Virus record (IMG/VR): IMGVR_UViG_3300049215_000771
Span: 248,001 to 312,000 of that record
Length of the DNA: 64,000 nucleotides
Reading direction: 5' to 3' (one strand)
The notes beneath the pieces were generated by a model. The model ran no database searches and was not told the DNA's origin. It was given only the letters and a program-made list of their open reading frames with translations. Shown here piece after piece: positions 1 to 8,330 of this stretch. The position numbers and the translations under genes were made by a program. The stretch's first letter is position 1, and every line of letters begins with the position of its first letter.

Positions 1-123
1 GACGATCTGAAGGATATACCACCGACCCTCGATTTCCTTCAGGTCAGTGATACCCTTCGTCACGGGCTTGTTGCTGGAGCAGCCAACCAGGGCGAACAAG
101 ATGATGGGAAGTAACTTTCTCAC
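1..123 (-). CDS. Putative lipoprotein, N-terminal part (runs off window start)
   Basis: GTG start overlaps the lysS TGA (GTGA); translates MRKLLPIILFALVGCSSNK..., a basic N-terminus, hydrophobic core and LVGC lipobox. Confidence 0.6.
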   Translation of the reverse strand, partial: MRKLLPIILFALVGCSSNKPVTKGITDLKEIEGRWYILQIV

Positions 124-1673
124 TTTGGCCTCTGATGAGGGAAGGTGATGACATCCCTGATGGCGTCCGTCTCGGCGTAGAGCATGGCGAGGCGGTCGAT
201 GCCAATGCCCAACCCTCCTGCGGGCGGCATCCCGACAATCAAGGCGTCAAGGAAGTCGTAGTCGATCCTTGGATCGTGTTGTCCCGGCTGGAGGCCCAAC
301 TGCTTCTCGAAGTTGGCCTGTTGCACGTCGGGGTTGTTGAGTTCAGTGTAAGCGTTGGCGATCTCCATACCGTTGACGAACAACTCCCAGCGGTCACAAA
401 TCCAGCCCTGCCACTGTTCGTCGTCACGAGGCTTCGCCAGTGGACAAAGGACGGATGGGTAGCCGAACACGAAGGTTGGCTCGGTCAACTGCGGCTGGAT
501 GATCTTGTCGAACACAGCCTCCAGACGATCAACCAGCGGCGTCAACAGGGGCAGACCGGACTTGTGCGCCAGTTCTGCGTCCAGGTCGTGGTGCCACTGA
601 ATGACGTACCTTGGGTCGCCCTGCATCAAACTAGGGCTGTTTGGATCGTACTGCCATTCCGGGGCAAGGACGTGTTCCAACAAGGTGATGTTGCAATACT
701 CCTGAAAAAGATCGCCGTAGGTCGTCGTCCTGGCATTGGCGATGTTGTTTAGGCCGAGAGCGCCGGCGATCTGGCGAGTGATGTAGGCCATCGACTCGAC
801 ATCACCGTAGGCTTCGTACAATTCGAGCATCGTAAACTCAGGATTGTGGGTCCGATCCACGCCCTCGTTCCTGAAGTTCTTGCCGATCTCGTAAATCTTC
901 TCCATACCGCCAACGAGCAACTTCTTCAGGTACAACTCCGGGGCAATGCGAAGGTACAAGTTGGCGTTGTAGGCGTTGTGATGGGTTTGGAACGGACGAG
1001 CAGCGGCCCCACCTGCAATGGGTTGTAGGATTGGGGTTTCTACTTCCGTGAAGCCGTGCTTGTTGAGACACTGCCTGATCTTCCAGACCATCTCGCTCCG
1101 CTTCTGGAGAGTTTTCACCGCCCCTTCCCGGTAGATCAGTTCCAGGTGTCGGTTGCGGGAAAAGACTTCAGGATCGGTAATTCCGTGGAACTTGTCGGGA
1201 GGCGTAGCCAGGCTTTTGCAAAGCATGGTGATCTCGTTAATGCGAAGGCTGATCTCGCCGGTCCTGGTGGCCGTGAGGTAGCCTTGAACGCCAACGATGT
1301 CGCCCGGCAAGAGATTCTGGACGATGTACCAGGGCATCGGGTAATCGGTGCCATTGATGCTGCAAGAACTTACGCCGTCCCACAGGTCGCCCTTGGAAGC
1401 CCAAATCTGAATGGTTTCCGTGGAGTCCCGGAGATGGAAAAATACCAGCTTGCCGAAGTCATTCTTGGACATGACCCGGCCAGCAGCCTTGAATGTGACT
1501 TCCTTGTTGTCCTTGTGCGTCTCGAATTGCCGGCGAATGGTGTCGATGGGCGTGATGCCCTCGAACTTCTGGCCGTAGGGGTCCAGATCGCCGTGCATGA
1601 TGCCGGTCGAGAGTTGTGACAGGATTTCCCGCCTGCGGAGGCGGTCTTGGTAGAGTTGATCTGCGGTGTGCAT
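120..1673 (-). CDS. lysS: Class II lysyl-tRNA synthetase (phage auxiliary gene)
   Basis: OB-fold N-domain (AGRVMSK..FGKLVFFHL), motif 1 GFTEVETPIL, motif 2 FRNEGVDRTHNPEFT, ELFVNGMEIANAYTELN, motif 3 GGLGIGIDRL. Confidence 0.95.
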   Translation of the reverse strand: MHTADQLYQDRLRRREILSQLSTGIMHGDLDPYGQKFEGITPIDTIRRQFETHKDNKEVTFKAAGRVMSKNDFGKLVFFHLRDSTETIQIWASKGDLWDGVSSCSINGTDYPMPWYIVQNLLPGDIVGVQGYLTATRTGEISLRINEITMLCKSLATPPDKFHGITDPEVFSRNRHLELIYREGAVKTLQKRSEMVWKIRQCLNKHGFTEVETPILQPIAGGAAARPFQTHHNAYNANLYLRIAPELYLKKLLVGGMEKIYEIGKNFRNEGVDRTHNPEFTMLELYEAYGDVESMAYITRQIAGALGLNNIANARTTTYGDLFQEYCNITLLEHVLAPEWQYDPNSPSLMQGDPRYVIQWHHDLDAELAHKSGLPLLTPLVDRLEAVFDKIIQPQLTEPTFVFGYPSVLCPLAKPRDDEQWQGWICDRWELFVNGMEIANAYTELNNPDVQQANFEKQLGLQPGQHDPRIDYDFLDALIVGMPPAGGLGIGIDRLAMLYAETDAIRDVITFPHQRPK

Positions 1674-1676
1674 TGA

Positions 1677-1738
1677 TTGATCCTTTACAAACAGCCTTGG
1701 AGATGATACCCCGTTTCCGGCTGTTTGTAAAGGATCAA
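1677..1738. repeat. Perfect 20-bp inverted repeat with 22-bp spacer upstream of lysS
   Basis: ttgatcctttacaaacagcc (1677-1696) and ggctgtttgtaaaggatcaa (1719-1738). Confidence 0.95.
1703..1731 (-). promoter_or_regulatory. Sigma70-type promoter for lysS
   Basis: Minus strand TTTACA-17 bp-TATCAT; the same hexamers recur at 13902-13929. Confidence 0.7.
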
Positions 1739-1744
1739 CGGGGA

Positions 1745-2347
1745 TTACTCGAACGTGTATGTCACGCCAACGTCGTACTTGAGTTCAGGGATGCCGATGT
1801 GGGTGCAAAGGTTATGTTTTTTCGCCTCCTTCGCCGTCAGATACCACTCGGCGTGGCCCTTGTCATGGATGATCTCGGTGAAATAGTTGTCGGGTTTGCC
1901 AACATTCTTCGAGATGATGGAGAAGATCAATTTATGCAATCTTTCCGTCTCCTTGGTGTCGGCTTTAACTTCTTCGACCTTTCCCCAGGAGGCGCTGGAA
2001 ACATCATGAAGCATCAGGGTGGCGTGTTTAGCCATGTAGCGTTGTTGGCCCATTGCGAACAACATGGCCCCGCAGGACATACCCTTTCCTTCAAGTACAG
2101 TAACAACAGGAAGGCTGGCCGACTGGATTTGGGCGATCATGTCGAGAAGGGAGTAGACCTGTCCGCCGTAGGAGTCGATGACGACGGGAATGACGGGTTG
2201 ATGGGTCTGGTGGGCCTTCTCCATTTCTTCGGTGAAGGCTTTGGCCCCATCTTGATCGAACTTGGTGACACGAACGATGACGGGTTGTGGCAGGAGTTCT
2301 TCGATCTTACCACGAATGCGAGGATCAACAGTAAGCGTGCGCCGCAT
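1745..2347 (-). CDS. clpP: ClpP-like serine protease
   Basis: IDSYGG, GMSCG (Ser), LMLHD (His), EWYLTAKEA matching the ClpP D-x-F-L-S-A-x-E-A segment. Confidence 0.85.
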   Translation of the reverse strand: MRRTLTVDPRIRGKIEELLPQPVIVRVTKFDQDGAKAFTEEMEKAHQTHQPVIPVVIDSYGGQVYSLLDMIAQIQSASLPVVTVLEGKGMSCGAMLFAMGQQRYMAKHATLMLHDVSSASWGKVEEVKADTKETERLHKLIFSIISKNVGKPDNYFTEIIHDKGHAEWYLTAKEAKKHNLCTHIGIPELKYDVGVTYTFE

Positions 2348-2579
2348 GGGATGCTCCGATTATTTCTTGTTCGACAATCATTCGGTCGATACAGTCACGG
2401 ACCATATCGGCCAAGGCCGTGTAGTAGAAGAAACTTTTCTCCGTTCCACATTTGTCACGATAGTTGATTATACGCTTCAGTTCAATACGAGCCGAGCGAA
2501 TATCTTCGCATATTTTGGTGTGGGTCCGATATTGGACAGTGAGAATACCATGCTCGTAGCTTACCCTAGTTTTCTTCAT
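2325..2579 (-). CDS. Hypothetical protein
   Basis: 84-aa ORF overlapping the clpP start, with a GTATATA motif just upstream. Confidence 0.55.
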   Translation of the reverse strand: MKKTRVSYEHGILTVQYRTHTKICEDIRSARIELKRIINYRDKCGTEKSFFYYTALADMVRDCIDRMIVEQEIIGASHAAHAYC

Positions 2580-2584
2580 GACAA

Positions 2585-2592
2585 CTATATAC
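2585..2592. promoter_or_regulatory. Putative bidirectional late-promoter motif (C/G)TAnATA
   Basis: CTATATA (+) and GTATATA (-) overlap in the 17-bp gap between divergent ATGs 2579 and 2597. Confidence 0.5.
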
Positions 2593-2596
2593 CTTC

Positions 2597-3199
2597 ATGT
2601 TAGACGGCTTCCGACAATACTTTGAGAGTTTGGCCCACTACACGCCTCGTGAGAACGGGCTTGCTGAACTTGCTCGGCTGGAGAAAGGTCACTACTTGAT
2701 CGTCCAGCCAGCAGACATCGAGACTGCCCATCAATACCTTAATGGGGCAGATGGACTACGGCACATATCGAAGGATATGGTTGTGACGGCTCAGGACATT
2801 GACTTCATGTCCCGAACCACCAAGGAAGCGATAGTTATCATGCCCATCCCGAAACGATGGTTCCGACGACCGCAGCTTGAGCAGAAGGGTGTAACAGGTG
2901 TGATTGGCGAGTTGTTGCCCCTGGGGGATGGCTGGCACTTGCCGGCCAACTATGTGTGGGGCTACTTCTCCAAATGGAACGAGGACCAGGAGAAGATGGT
3001 AGAACCGGGCCAGTTCTATCGCAATCAGAACTACCACGGGCACGACGGCTTGTACGAACTTTGGAAGCGGCAGCATCCCCAGCAGGAGAGGCCACAGACG
3101 CTAGACCGCCCTACGCCGAGAGTAGTTGCACCGTATAACCCGACCATCAATCGGTCATTCCACGGTTACAACACATTCGACTTCGATTCTTCACAATAA
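2597..3199 (+). CDS. Hypothetical protein, possible head-internal protein
   Basis: 200-aa ORF; N-terminus MLDGFRQYFES resembles a T4 capsid-targeting leader. Confidence 0.6.
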   Translation: MLDGFRQYFESLAHYTPRENGLAELARLEKGHYLIVQPADIETAHQYLNGADGLRHISKDMVVTAQDIDFMSRTTKEAIVIMPIPKRWFRRPQLEQKGVTGVIGELLPLGDGWHLPANYVWGYFSKWNEDQEKMVEPGQFYRNQNYHGHDGLYELWKRQHPQQERPQTLDRPTPRVVAPYNPTINRSFHGYNTFDFDSSQ

Positions 3200-3813
3200 C
3201 ATACCTTGCCGCAGTAGACAAGTCGTCTCGCATCAATAAGCGTGATGCCGCCACCTGGCATACAGTCACAGTCCGTGACTCGATGTCCGATGGCTTGTTC
3301 TGTGAAATTCAAAATGAAATCAGAATGGGAAATGAAAACAGCTTTGGCTGGTGAGCGGGCCAGCACTTCATGGACACGCTGAAGAAACTCCTTCGGCGTT
3401 TCTTTGCCCATGCGACCCAGGTGCGGGTCTACAGAAAACTTCAGCCCTGTTACTTCCTCAATGATCCTGGCTGAGTGCCGGCATCGGACGTAAGGGCTGG
3501 TGAAGGCTTCAAAATCCGCCAGATCAAACTCGTGGGCCAGGAACTCGGCGGTCCTATATACCTGGCGCACTCCAACAGGTGTGAGGTTTGCCGGCAGCCT
3601 TTGCCCTGTTGCCTCCCCGTGTCGGATCAGAAAAATCTGCTTGAGATAGAAGTCGTATTCTTCCGTGAAAAACCTACCCGTTTCCGGGTCGAAGAATCCG
3701 CTTTCGATTGCACCATCTTGTTCAGCACAAGAAAGTTTCGAGAACGCATCTCCGTGGTTGCAGCCTGTAACTACCCTTCCGTTGGAGTACAAGGCGGCGA
3801 TATAACTCGACAT
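3166..3813 (-). CDS. Histidine phosphatase (phosphoglycerate-mutase-like) family protein
   Basis: LIRHG, SPYVRCRHSA and distal ISH motifs; about 55-aa extra N-terminal segment; GGAGG RBS. Confidence 0.85.
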   Translation of the reverse strand: MSSYIAALYSNGRVVTGCNHGDAFSKLSCAEQDGAIESGFFDPETGRFFTEEYDFYLKQIFLIRHGEATGQRLPANLTPVGVRQVYRTAEFLAHEFDLADFEAFTSPYVRCRHSARIIEEVTGLKFSVDPHLGRMGKETPKEFLQRVHEVLARSPAKAVFISHSDFILNFTEQAIGHRVTDCDCMPGGGITLIDARRLVYCGKVCYCEESKSNVL

Positions 3814-3834
3814 CGGCCCCTCCTATGATGAGGG

Positions 3835-3841
3835 TATTTAG
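3835..3841 (-). promoter_or_regulatory. Putative late-promoter motif CTAAATA
   Basis: About 22 nt upstream of the 3813 start; close to T4 TATAAATA. Confidence 0.45.
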
Positions 3842-4050
3842 TCGCCCATCTCGCATGTTTCTTGTTCTTCTTCTTGCTTCGCATCCAAAGCAGCCAAACC
3901 CGAACTAACGGCGGCTGAGATCAAGAAGGAAAACACGCCGGCTCCCAAAAAATACCCCCAAATATCCTTGTTATTCAGGGCTAACCAAAACCCTGCAAAC
4001 AACAAGAACCCGGTCAACGAGAACAAACCAACAGAAACAAGAATCTTCAT
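3838..4050 (-). CDS. Small two-TM membrane protein
   Basis: Two hydrophobic stretches, acidic C-tail, GAGGAGGG RBS. Confidence 0.6.
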   Translation of the reverse strand: MKILVSVGLFSLTGFLLFAGFWLALNNKDIWGYFLGAGVFSFLISAAVSSGLAALDAKQEEEQETCEMGD

Positions 4051-4077
4051 ATTCCCTCCTCAGTGGGATTCTCCATT

Positions 4078-4941
4078 CTAGGCAGCTTCTTTACGGGCGT
4101 CGAGACATATTTTTGCTAAACCAGCAACATATTGAGCAGAAGTGGTTCCAAGTTGGGTCGGCAACTTAGCAAGGGCATCGAGTGGGTCGCCTCCCAGCGA
4201 TAACATTGTCGGCGGCGAATACGCAAACAAAGACTTCGAGAAGTAGGGGAAAGCGCCACGACCACCATAGTTGATGAAATTGTTGTTCACTTGATGGTCG
4301 GAGAGAGACATATCGAACGTGTATTGTCCTTCCAGGGCCGCACGTCCTACCAGTTCGGATATACCAATCGACAGCGCCACCCTATCGGTGTGTCGCCAGA
4401 TTTCCTTGCCAGCCATGACTTGCTCGTATGCCAGCATCTCAGTGAGATAGATGGTTCGGTCAAAAAACTCGACGGGCAGGTGGTCGAAATACACGGTGTT
4501 GCCGAGAGCCACCCAATCCCCTGATAGATGCTTGCCAAGGCTAGGGATATTTTCCTCAGCAAGTTCCTTCGTGAAGAAAGGATCGACCTGGAAGACAATG
4601 TGTGGTACATCTTTCCTGGGGATAGTGACGGGCCTGTTGAGAACGGAATCCGGTTCCAACATTACGAAAGGTTGTTTGACAGCTTCTCCTCGCAGTAGAT
4701 TGGCTATTGAGTACAACCCAGCGAGGCGGTCATAGCCACGCACTTCTCCCATGTTGTTGCTACCAAGGGTGCGTGGGTGCGAGAACAGATTGCGGCAGAA
4801 TTCAATTTTGGGAGCCAGTGATGTGAACGACAGCCCTACGGCTAGATTTTCCTCTAGCTTGTGTTGCTTGAAACTTTCGATCAGCAACTCAATCTGCCAC
4901 TGGTAGTAGGGCGTGTGTTCAATGTTGACGAAGTAATCCAT
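4078..4941 (-). CDS. GT-A fold protein resembling plant hydroxyproline O-arabinosyltransferase / peptidyl-serine galactosyltransferase (GT95/GT96-like)
   Basis: Collinear motifs YYQWQIELLIESFK, GYDRL, FVMLEPDSVLNRPV, LGN, FINY, FSK match remembered HPAT motifs YNTWQ, GYVVL, ILMxEPDHIIVKP, IGN, IIHY, FDK; start moved to MDYFVN. Confidence 0.55.
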   Translation of the reverse strand: MDYFVNIEHTPYYQWQIELLIESFKQHKLEENLAVGLSFTSLAPKIEFCRNLFSHPRTLGSNNMGEVRGYDRLAGLYSIANLLRGEAVKQPFVMLEPDSVLNRPVTIPRKDVPHIVFQVDPFFTKELAEENIPSLGKHLSGDWVALGNTVYFDHLPVEFFDRTIYLTEMLAYEQVMAGKEIWRHTDRVALSIGISELVGRAALEGQYTFDMSLSDHQVNNNFINYGGRGAFPYFSKSLFAYSPPTMLSLGGDPLDALAKLPTQLGTTSAQYVAGLAKICLDARKEAA

Positions 4942-4954
4942 GAACCTATAGGAG

Positions 4955-5326
4955 TTACTTCGGTCGATACTTGGAACATTTTTTATCCGTGACGATTGGC
5001 AGGAAGCATTGTTCATAGATGCGGTACACTTCGCTGTACGCTACACCCCATGATGCGTCATGCGACCGTTCTTCAAATTCGTCACAGGTCAAGGCATCAT
5101 GCAAGTGACTCCATGCCCTTGCGTGCGCCCACTCGTGGAGAAGTGTTTCAATGGCCGATGTTTCAGGTAGCTCTCTGTTGATGCGAATACAAAACTTATT
5201 CTCATTCAACGAACAGTCGCCGTCCCTGTGACACGTCATTTTTACTCGCCGCACCTTGATCGGATAGGCAGGCGAGCATTTTCTCTTCAACACGAGAACC
5301 AACTTCTTGTAGGATTCATATGCCAT
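4955..5326 (-). CDS. HEXXH zinc metallopeptidase-like protein (SprT/ImmA-like)
   Basis: IRIN...ETLLHEWAHA and distal H (RSHDASW); start MAYESY with GGAGGGG RBS. Confidence 0.7.
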   Translation of the reverse strand: MAYESYKKLVLVLKRKCSPAYPIKVRRVKMTCHRDGDCSLNENKFCIRINRELPETSAIETLLHEWAHARAWSHLHDALTCDEFEERSHDASWGVAYSEVYRIYEQCFLPIVTDKKCSKYRPK

Positions 5327-5337
5327 ATCCCCTCCAG

Positions 5338-5374
5338 GCAAACAAAAAACCCACGAGGAAATCCTCGTGGGTTT
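5338..5374 (-). terminator. Rho-independent terminator after the cREC gene
   Basis: 12-bp stem AAACCCACGAGG/CCTCGTGGGTTT, 4-nt loop, followed by a U-tract on the minus strand. Confidence 0.8.
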
Positions 5375-5380
5375 ATATAC
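5374..5380 (-). promoter_or_regulatory. Putative late-promoter motif GTATATA abutting the terminator 5' arm
   Basis: A transcript started here would begin inside the hairpin arm and could read into the HEXXH and GT genes. Confidence 0.4.
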
Positions 5381-5399
5381 TGCGTCAGAAACCAACATT

Positions 5400-5783
5400 T
5401 CATCGACGGATTTCTTCCAAAATACTGTCGATGCGGGCGGGAAGTTGGGTAAATGGCACCTGAATCACGTTGACGCCGCCCTGTTTGAGATACGAAACCA
5501 TGTTGCTGGCCCCGGCTGGGTTACAGCTATGGACCACAACAAGGTCAACGATGATCTCGTTATCGGCGATTAGTTTGGCAACTTCCATACCCGTGTCGCC
5601 ACGGTCGGAATTTACCATTTCTTCGCCGCCCAGGTCATGATCGAGAAACACCACATCGTACTTCTTCTTGAGAAGAAGATCGAAGGCTTCCGCCACGGTG
5701 TACGCCTCGTCATGCAACAGGATCGGCTTCATCTTCTGATGCCGATACTTGTTGTCGTCGAGGAACAAGATTCTAAATGCCAT
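5400..5783 (-). CDS. Cyclic-phosphate processing receiver domain (cREC_REC-like)
   Basis: ILFLDD, FLDHDLG, TG and VHSCNPAG motifs; no effector domain. Confidence 0.8.
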   Translation of the reverse strand: MAFRILFLDDNKYRHQKMKPILLHDEAYTVAEAFDLLLKKKYDVVFLDHDLGGEEMVNSDRGDTGMEVAKLIADNEIIVDLVVVHSCNPAGASNMVSYLKQGGVNVIQVPFTQLPARIDSILEEIRR

Positions 5784-6940
5784 TACTCCCCTTTCCTGGA
5801 AATCCGTTTCCGAAGACTCTCGTAGATGAAAGCCGCCCGCTCATCGACGGTATCACCGTCGTTGTTCCAAAGAGAGTTGATCGTTGCGCCGAGGCGTGTG
5901 CTGCCGCAGAAGTGGGCCAGACGCTCGGCGCACTGTTTTGCAGGTGGCAGCTTGCCAAAAACCACTCGATCATAGATGTAGAAGGTGAAAAACCCCGTCT
6001 GCTTCATGATCTTGCGCAGAACTTTGACGTTCACCTGGGCTGCGGCTTGCTGGGCGATCTGATTCCTGAGTTCAGAGTGGAAAACCAGGTAATCCTCGAT
6101 GGCGAGAGCAATCTCCTGGAGAGTCTCGTCGCTGACCTTGAACAGCGATTCCGCTTCTTCTTCGTGATTCTTGTAAGGCAACTTCGCCAATTTCCCGGCG
6201 TAGCGGCGACAGTTGTAGATCGTGTAGTGGGACTTCTGCAAATCTCGGCCCGCCATCTTGCCAGACTTGATGACCTTCTCTGTTCGGGCGTACACAAGTG
6301 CGGCGAGCGGTTGCAGAAAGCCACTCTTGCCGCCGATCAGGTTGCGGGCAGGGGCGCTAATCATGTTGGCGAGCCGCCCATTGAGTTTTGGGTCATACGG
6401 GTCGCAAGAGATGATATGTCCCAAAACCATGTCCGGGTTCTTCAGGAACCCGTCCTTGCTTTGGGGACGACAGTTTTCGAGGTTGCAATACAGTTCCGTG
6501 ATCTTGTCGGCGTCAAAAACCCGGCAAGAAACGATCTCTTTCTTGACCGAGTTCCACATTTCGTCCGAGGCCATCCAGTAAAGATAGAGGAGGAAACAGC
6601 AGCGATGGTGGTGCGAGGCCAGGGTCATGGCGTCCGTGTTTTCGGACTCGCCGATTGGGAATTCCCCAAGGGCTTCGATGCACAACCCTTTCTCGAACCA
6701 GCGAAGAATTTGCCCCATGTCGATGGGCTGACCACCACGATTGCGACCGTAGCCGCCGCAAAGCTGCTGAAGCAGCATGTGAACCACGACCTCGACCGTC
6801 AGAAGAGCAACAACCGAGTTGCTGTAGTTACCTCGCTTCATGGATTTGAAGTCGGGCATCGGCAGGAACTTCTTCGGCAATTCCCGCTTGCGGTTCTTGA
6901 ATTTCTCAGGGTTTGTGAAATCGGCGAGATACATTCCCAT
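5783..6940 (-). CDS. Hypothetical protein
   Basis: 385-aa ORF coupled to the downstream gene (TAATG); no recognised motif. Confidence 0.7.
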   Translation of the reverse strand: MGMYLADFTNPEKFKNRKRELPKKFLPMPDFKSMKRGNYSNSVVALLTVEVVVHMLLQQLCGGYGRNRGGQPIDMGQILRWFEKGLCIEALGEFPIGESENTDAMTLASHHHRCCFLLYLYWMASDEMWNSVKKEIVSCRVFDADKITELYCNLENCRPQSKDGFLKNPDMVLGHIISCDPYDPKLNGRLANMISAPARNLIGGKSGFLQPLAALVYARTEKVIKSGKMAGRDLQKSHYTIYNCRRYAGKLAKLPYKNHEEEAESLFKVSDETLQEIALAIEDYLVFHSELRNQIAQQAAAQVNVKVLRKIMKQTGFFTFYIYDRVVFGKLPPAKQCAERLAHFCGSTRLGATINSLWNNDGDTVDERAAFIYESLRKRISRKGE

Positions 6941-6965
6941 TTTTGGCTCCGAGGTTGGTATCCAG

Positions 6966-7011
6966 ACAGTCGAGCGTCAAAAACAGTCGAGCGTCAAATG
7001 ACGCTCGACTG
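6966..7011. repeat. Three copies of a 13-bp box (two direct, one inverted)
   Basis: cagtcgagcgtca at 6967-6979 and 6984-6996; reverse complement at 6999-7011. Confidence 0.9.
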
Positions 7012-7061
7012 CAACCGAAATGAGATGCTACCACGGAAATCGAGGTTTGTAAACCTCAATT

Positions 7062-7685
7062 CTAAAATTCGTTGTGCTTCTGGAAGAGTACGTCGTGGAC
7101 GATCACCTTCTTCAAGTGATTCCCATACCGGCCCTTCCAGCGCTTTGCCATCATGCAGAACCGGCTGGTGTGTTCCGGGCGGTCCTCCCAAATTTCCAGA
7201 ACTTCCAGGTCTGAGTGAACGATCTCCCGCTCGATGAGTTCGATCTTGATCTCGAAAGTATCTCCGTGCTGCGGGTATCCCTTCATGCCACGGAAGTAAT
7301 ACTCGTCGAAGATCAGTTCCTTCACCGCCAGGATTTCCTTCACTCGATGCCGAATCTTGGCCGGACGACCCGTCATCAAGTAGCAGTTGGTGTCTTCCCT
7401 CGCCCGGTCAGCCTTGTAAGCAGCCAGCGTTTCAGAAATCCACATTTCCTCCGGGATCGGGTCCGGCACGAGCGGCGGCTGGAGCGTTTCGATCCGGCCC
7501 CACCAACCAGAAAACGGCCACAAGTTCCCCGTTTTCTCCAAGTACAGAACTTCTCCTTCGGGCCGATCCGGGGAGCGGAACAGCGTGCCGTCGAAGTCGT
7601 AAATGGAGGCACGGGAACGCTTTCGGACGTTCCGTGGAGCTTCAGCCCCAGGCAGCCACTTCGATAAGGTTTGTTCTTTGCTCAT
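7062..7685 (-). CDS. HAD phosphatase, Swiss-Army-Knife RNA-repair type (HAD_SAK_1-like)
   Basis: IYDFDGTLFRSP, WWG, LMTGR and IWEDR motifs; GGAGG RBS. Confidence 0.8.
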   Translation of the reverse strand: MSKEQTLSKWLPGAEAPRNVRKRSRASIYDFDGTLFRSPDRPEGEVLYLEKTGNLWPFSGWWGRIETLQPPLVPDPIPEEMWISETLAAYKADRAREDTNCYLMTGRPAKIRHRVKEILAVKELIFDEYYFRGMKGYPQHGDTFEIKIELIEREIVHSDLEVLEIWEDRPEHTSRFCMMAKRWKGRYGNHLKKVIVHDVLFQKHNEF

Positions 7686-7745
7686 AATCCTCCCGCAACC
7701 ACGACTACGAGAGGAAGACCCCGTTTTATGGTTCCAGGTTCGGAA

Positions 7746-7773
7746 ATTGTACCAAGATTCTTGGGATTGTAAA
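7746..7773 (-). promoter_or_regulatory. Sigma70-type promoter with a palindrome in the spacer
   Basis: TTTACA-16 bp-TACAAT with extended -10 TG; spacer holds ccaaga-t-tcttgg (7752-7764). Confidence 0.6.
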
Positions 7774-7775
7774 GG

Positions 7776-8330
7776 TTACTTGCCGGCGTATCGAACCGTG
7801 ATGTCCATGCCTTCGTCGGTCGGGGTGATCTGGACCTGGAAACCATCGGGTCGGCGGGCGCTCATTTCGTTCATGGCGATAGCCCTAGCCTGTTTGATGG
7901 CCGAGTTCGGCTCGATATGACCGTGGACGTGGAAAACCCATGTGTTGGCCAGTGGGCGTTCTAGTGTGGCTTTGACGGTAGCATAACCACTACGGCCACC
8001 CTTCATCATGATGGTTTTACCTATTTTTTCCTTGACAGGTTCGGCTGGTGCGTCGGCGACATCGCTTTTGGGCATCTCTCCGACTGGCACACGAGGAGAT
8101 GTCCCATATGGCGTGTGAGTCGTGGCTGGATCGGCTGAGGCGACCATAGCGGGCCGGTCGGCGGCAGGAGAAGCAGGACGATTCATCAGTTTGTTCGCAC
8201 CCCAGGCGCTTGCGGCAAGTCCACCAAGGAGGCCCATTGTTTGTAGAAACTTGTTGTCCTTCAACGCCTCTACCAATTCAACATCCCTAACTTCCAACCA
8301 CTCGTTGAATGTTGGAAGTTTATTCTTCAT
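7776..8330 (-). CDS. Hypothetical protein with capsid-targeting-like leader and hydrophobic segment
   Basis: Start moved to MKNKLPTFNEWLEVRD; the longer ORF merely overlaps the upstream low-complexity tail. Confidence 0.6.
   Translation of the reverse strand: MKNKLPTFNEWLEVRDVELVEALKDNKFLQTMGLLGGLAASAWGANKLMNRPASPAADRPAMVASADPATTHTPYGTSPRVPVGEMPKSDVADAPAEPVKEKIGKTIMMKGGRSGYATVKATLERPLANTWVFHVHGHIEPNSAIKQARAIAMNEMSARRPDGFQVQITPTDEGMDITVRYAGK

Noticed and set aside
120-2347. lysS and clpP as evidence that the window is bacterial chromosome or a prophage boundary
   Set aside because: They are interleaved with phage-type hypothetical genes and the same promoter motifs; no housekeeping synteny, att site or integrase.
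5777-7237. 486-aa plus-strand ORF
   Set aside because: Fully antisense to genes with recognisable motifs and coupled starts; no motif or RBS of its own.
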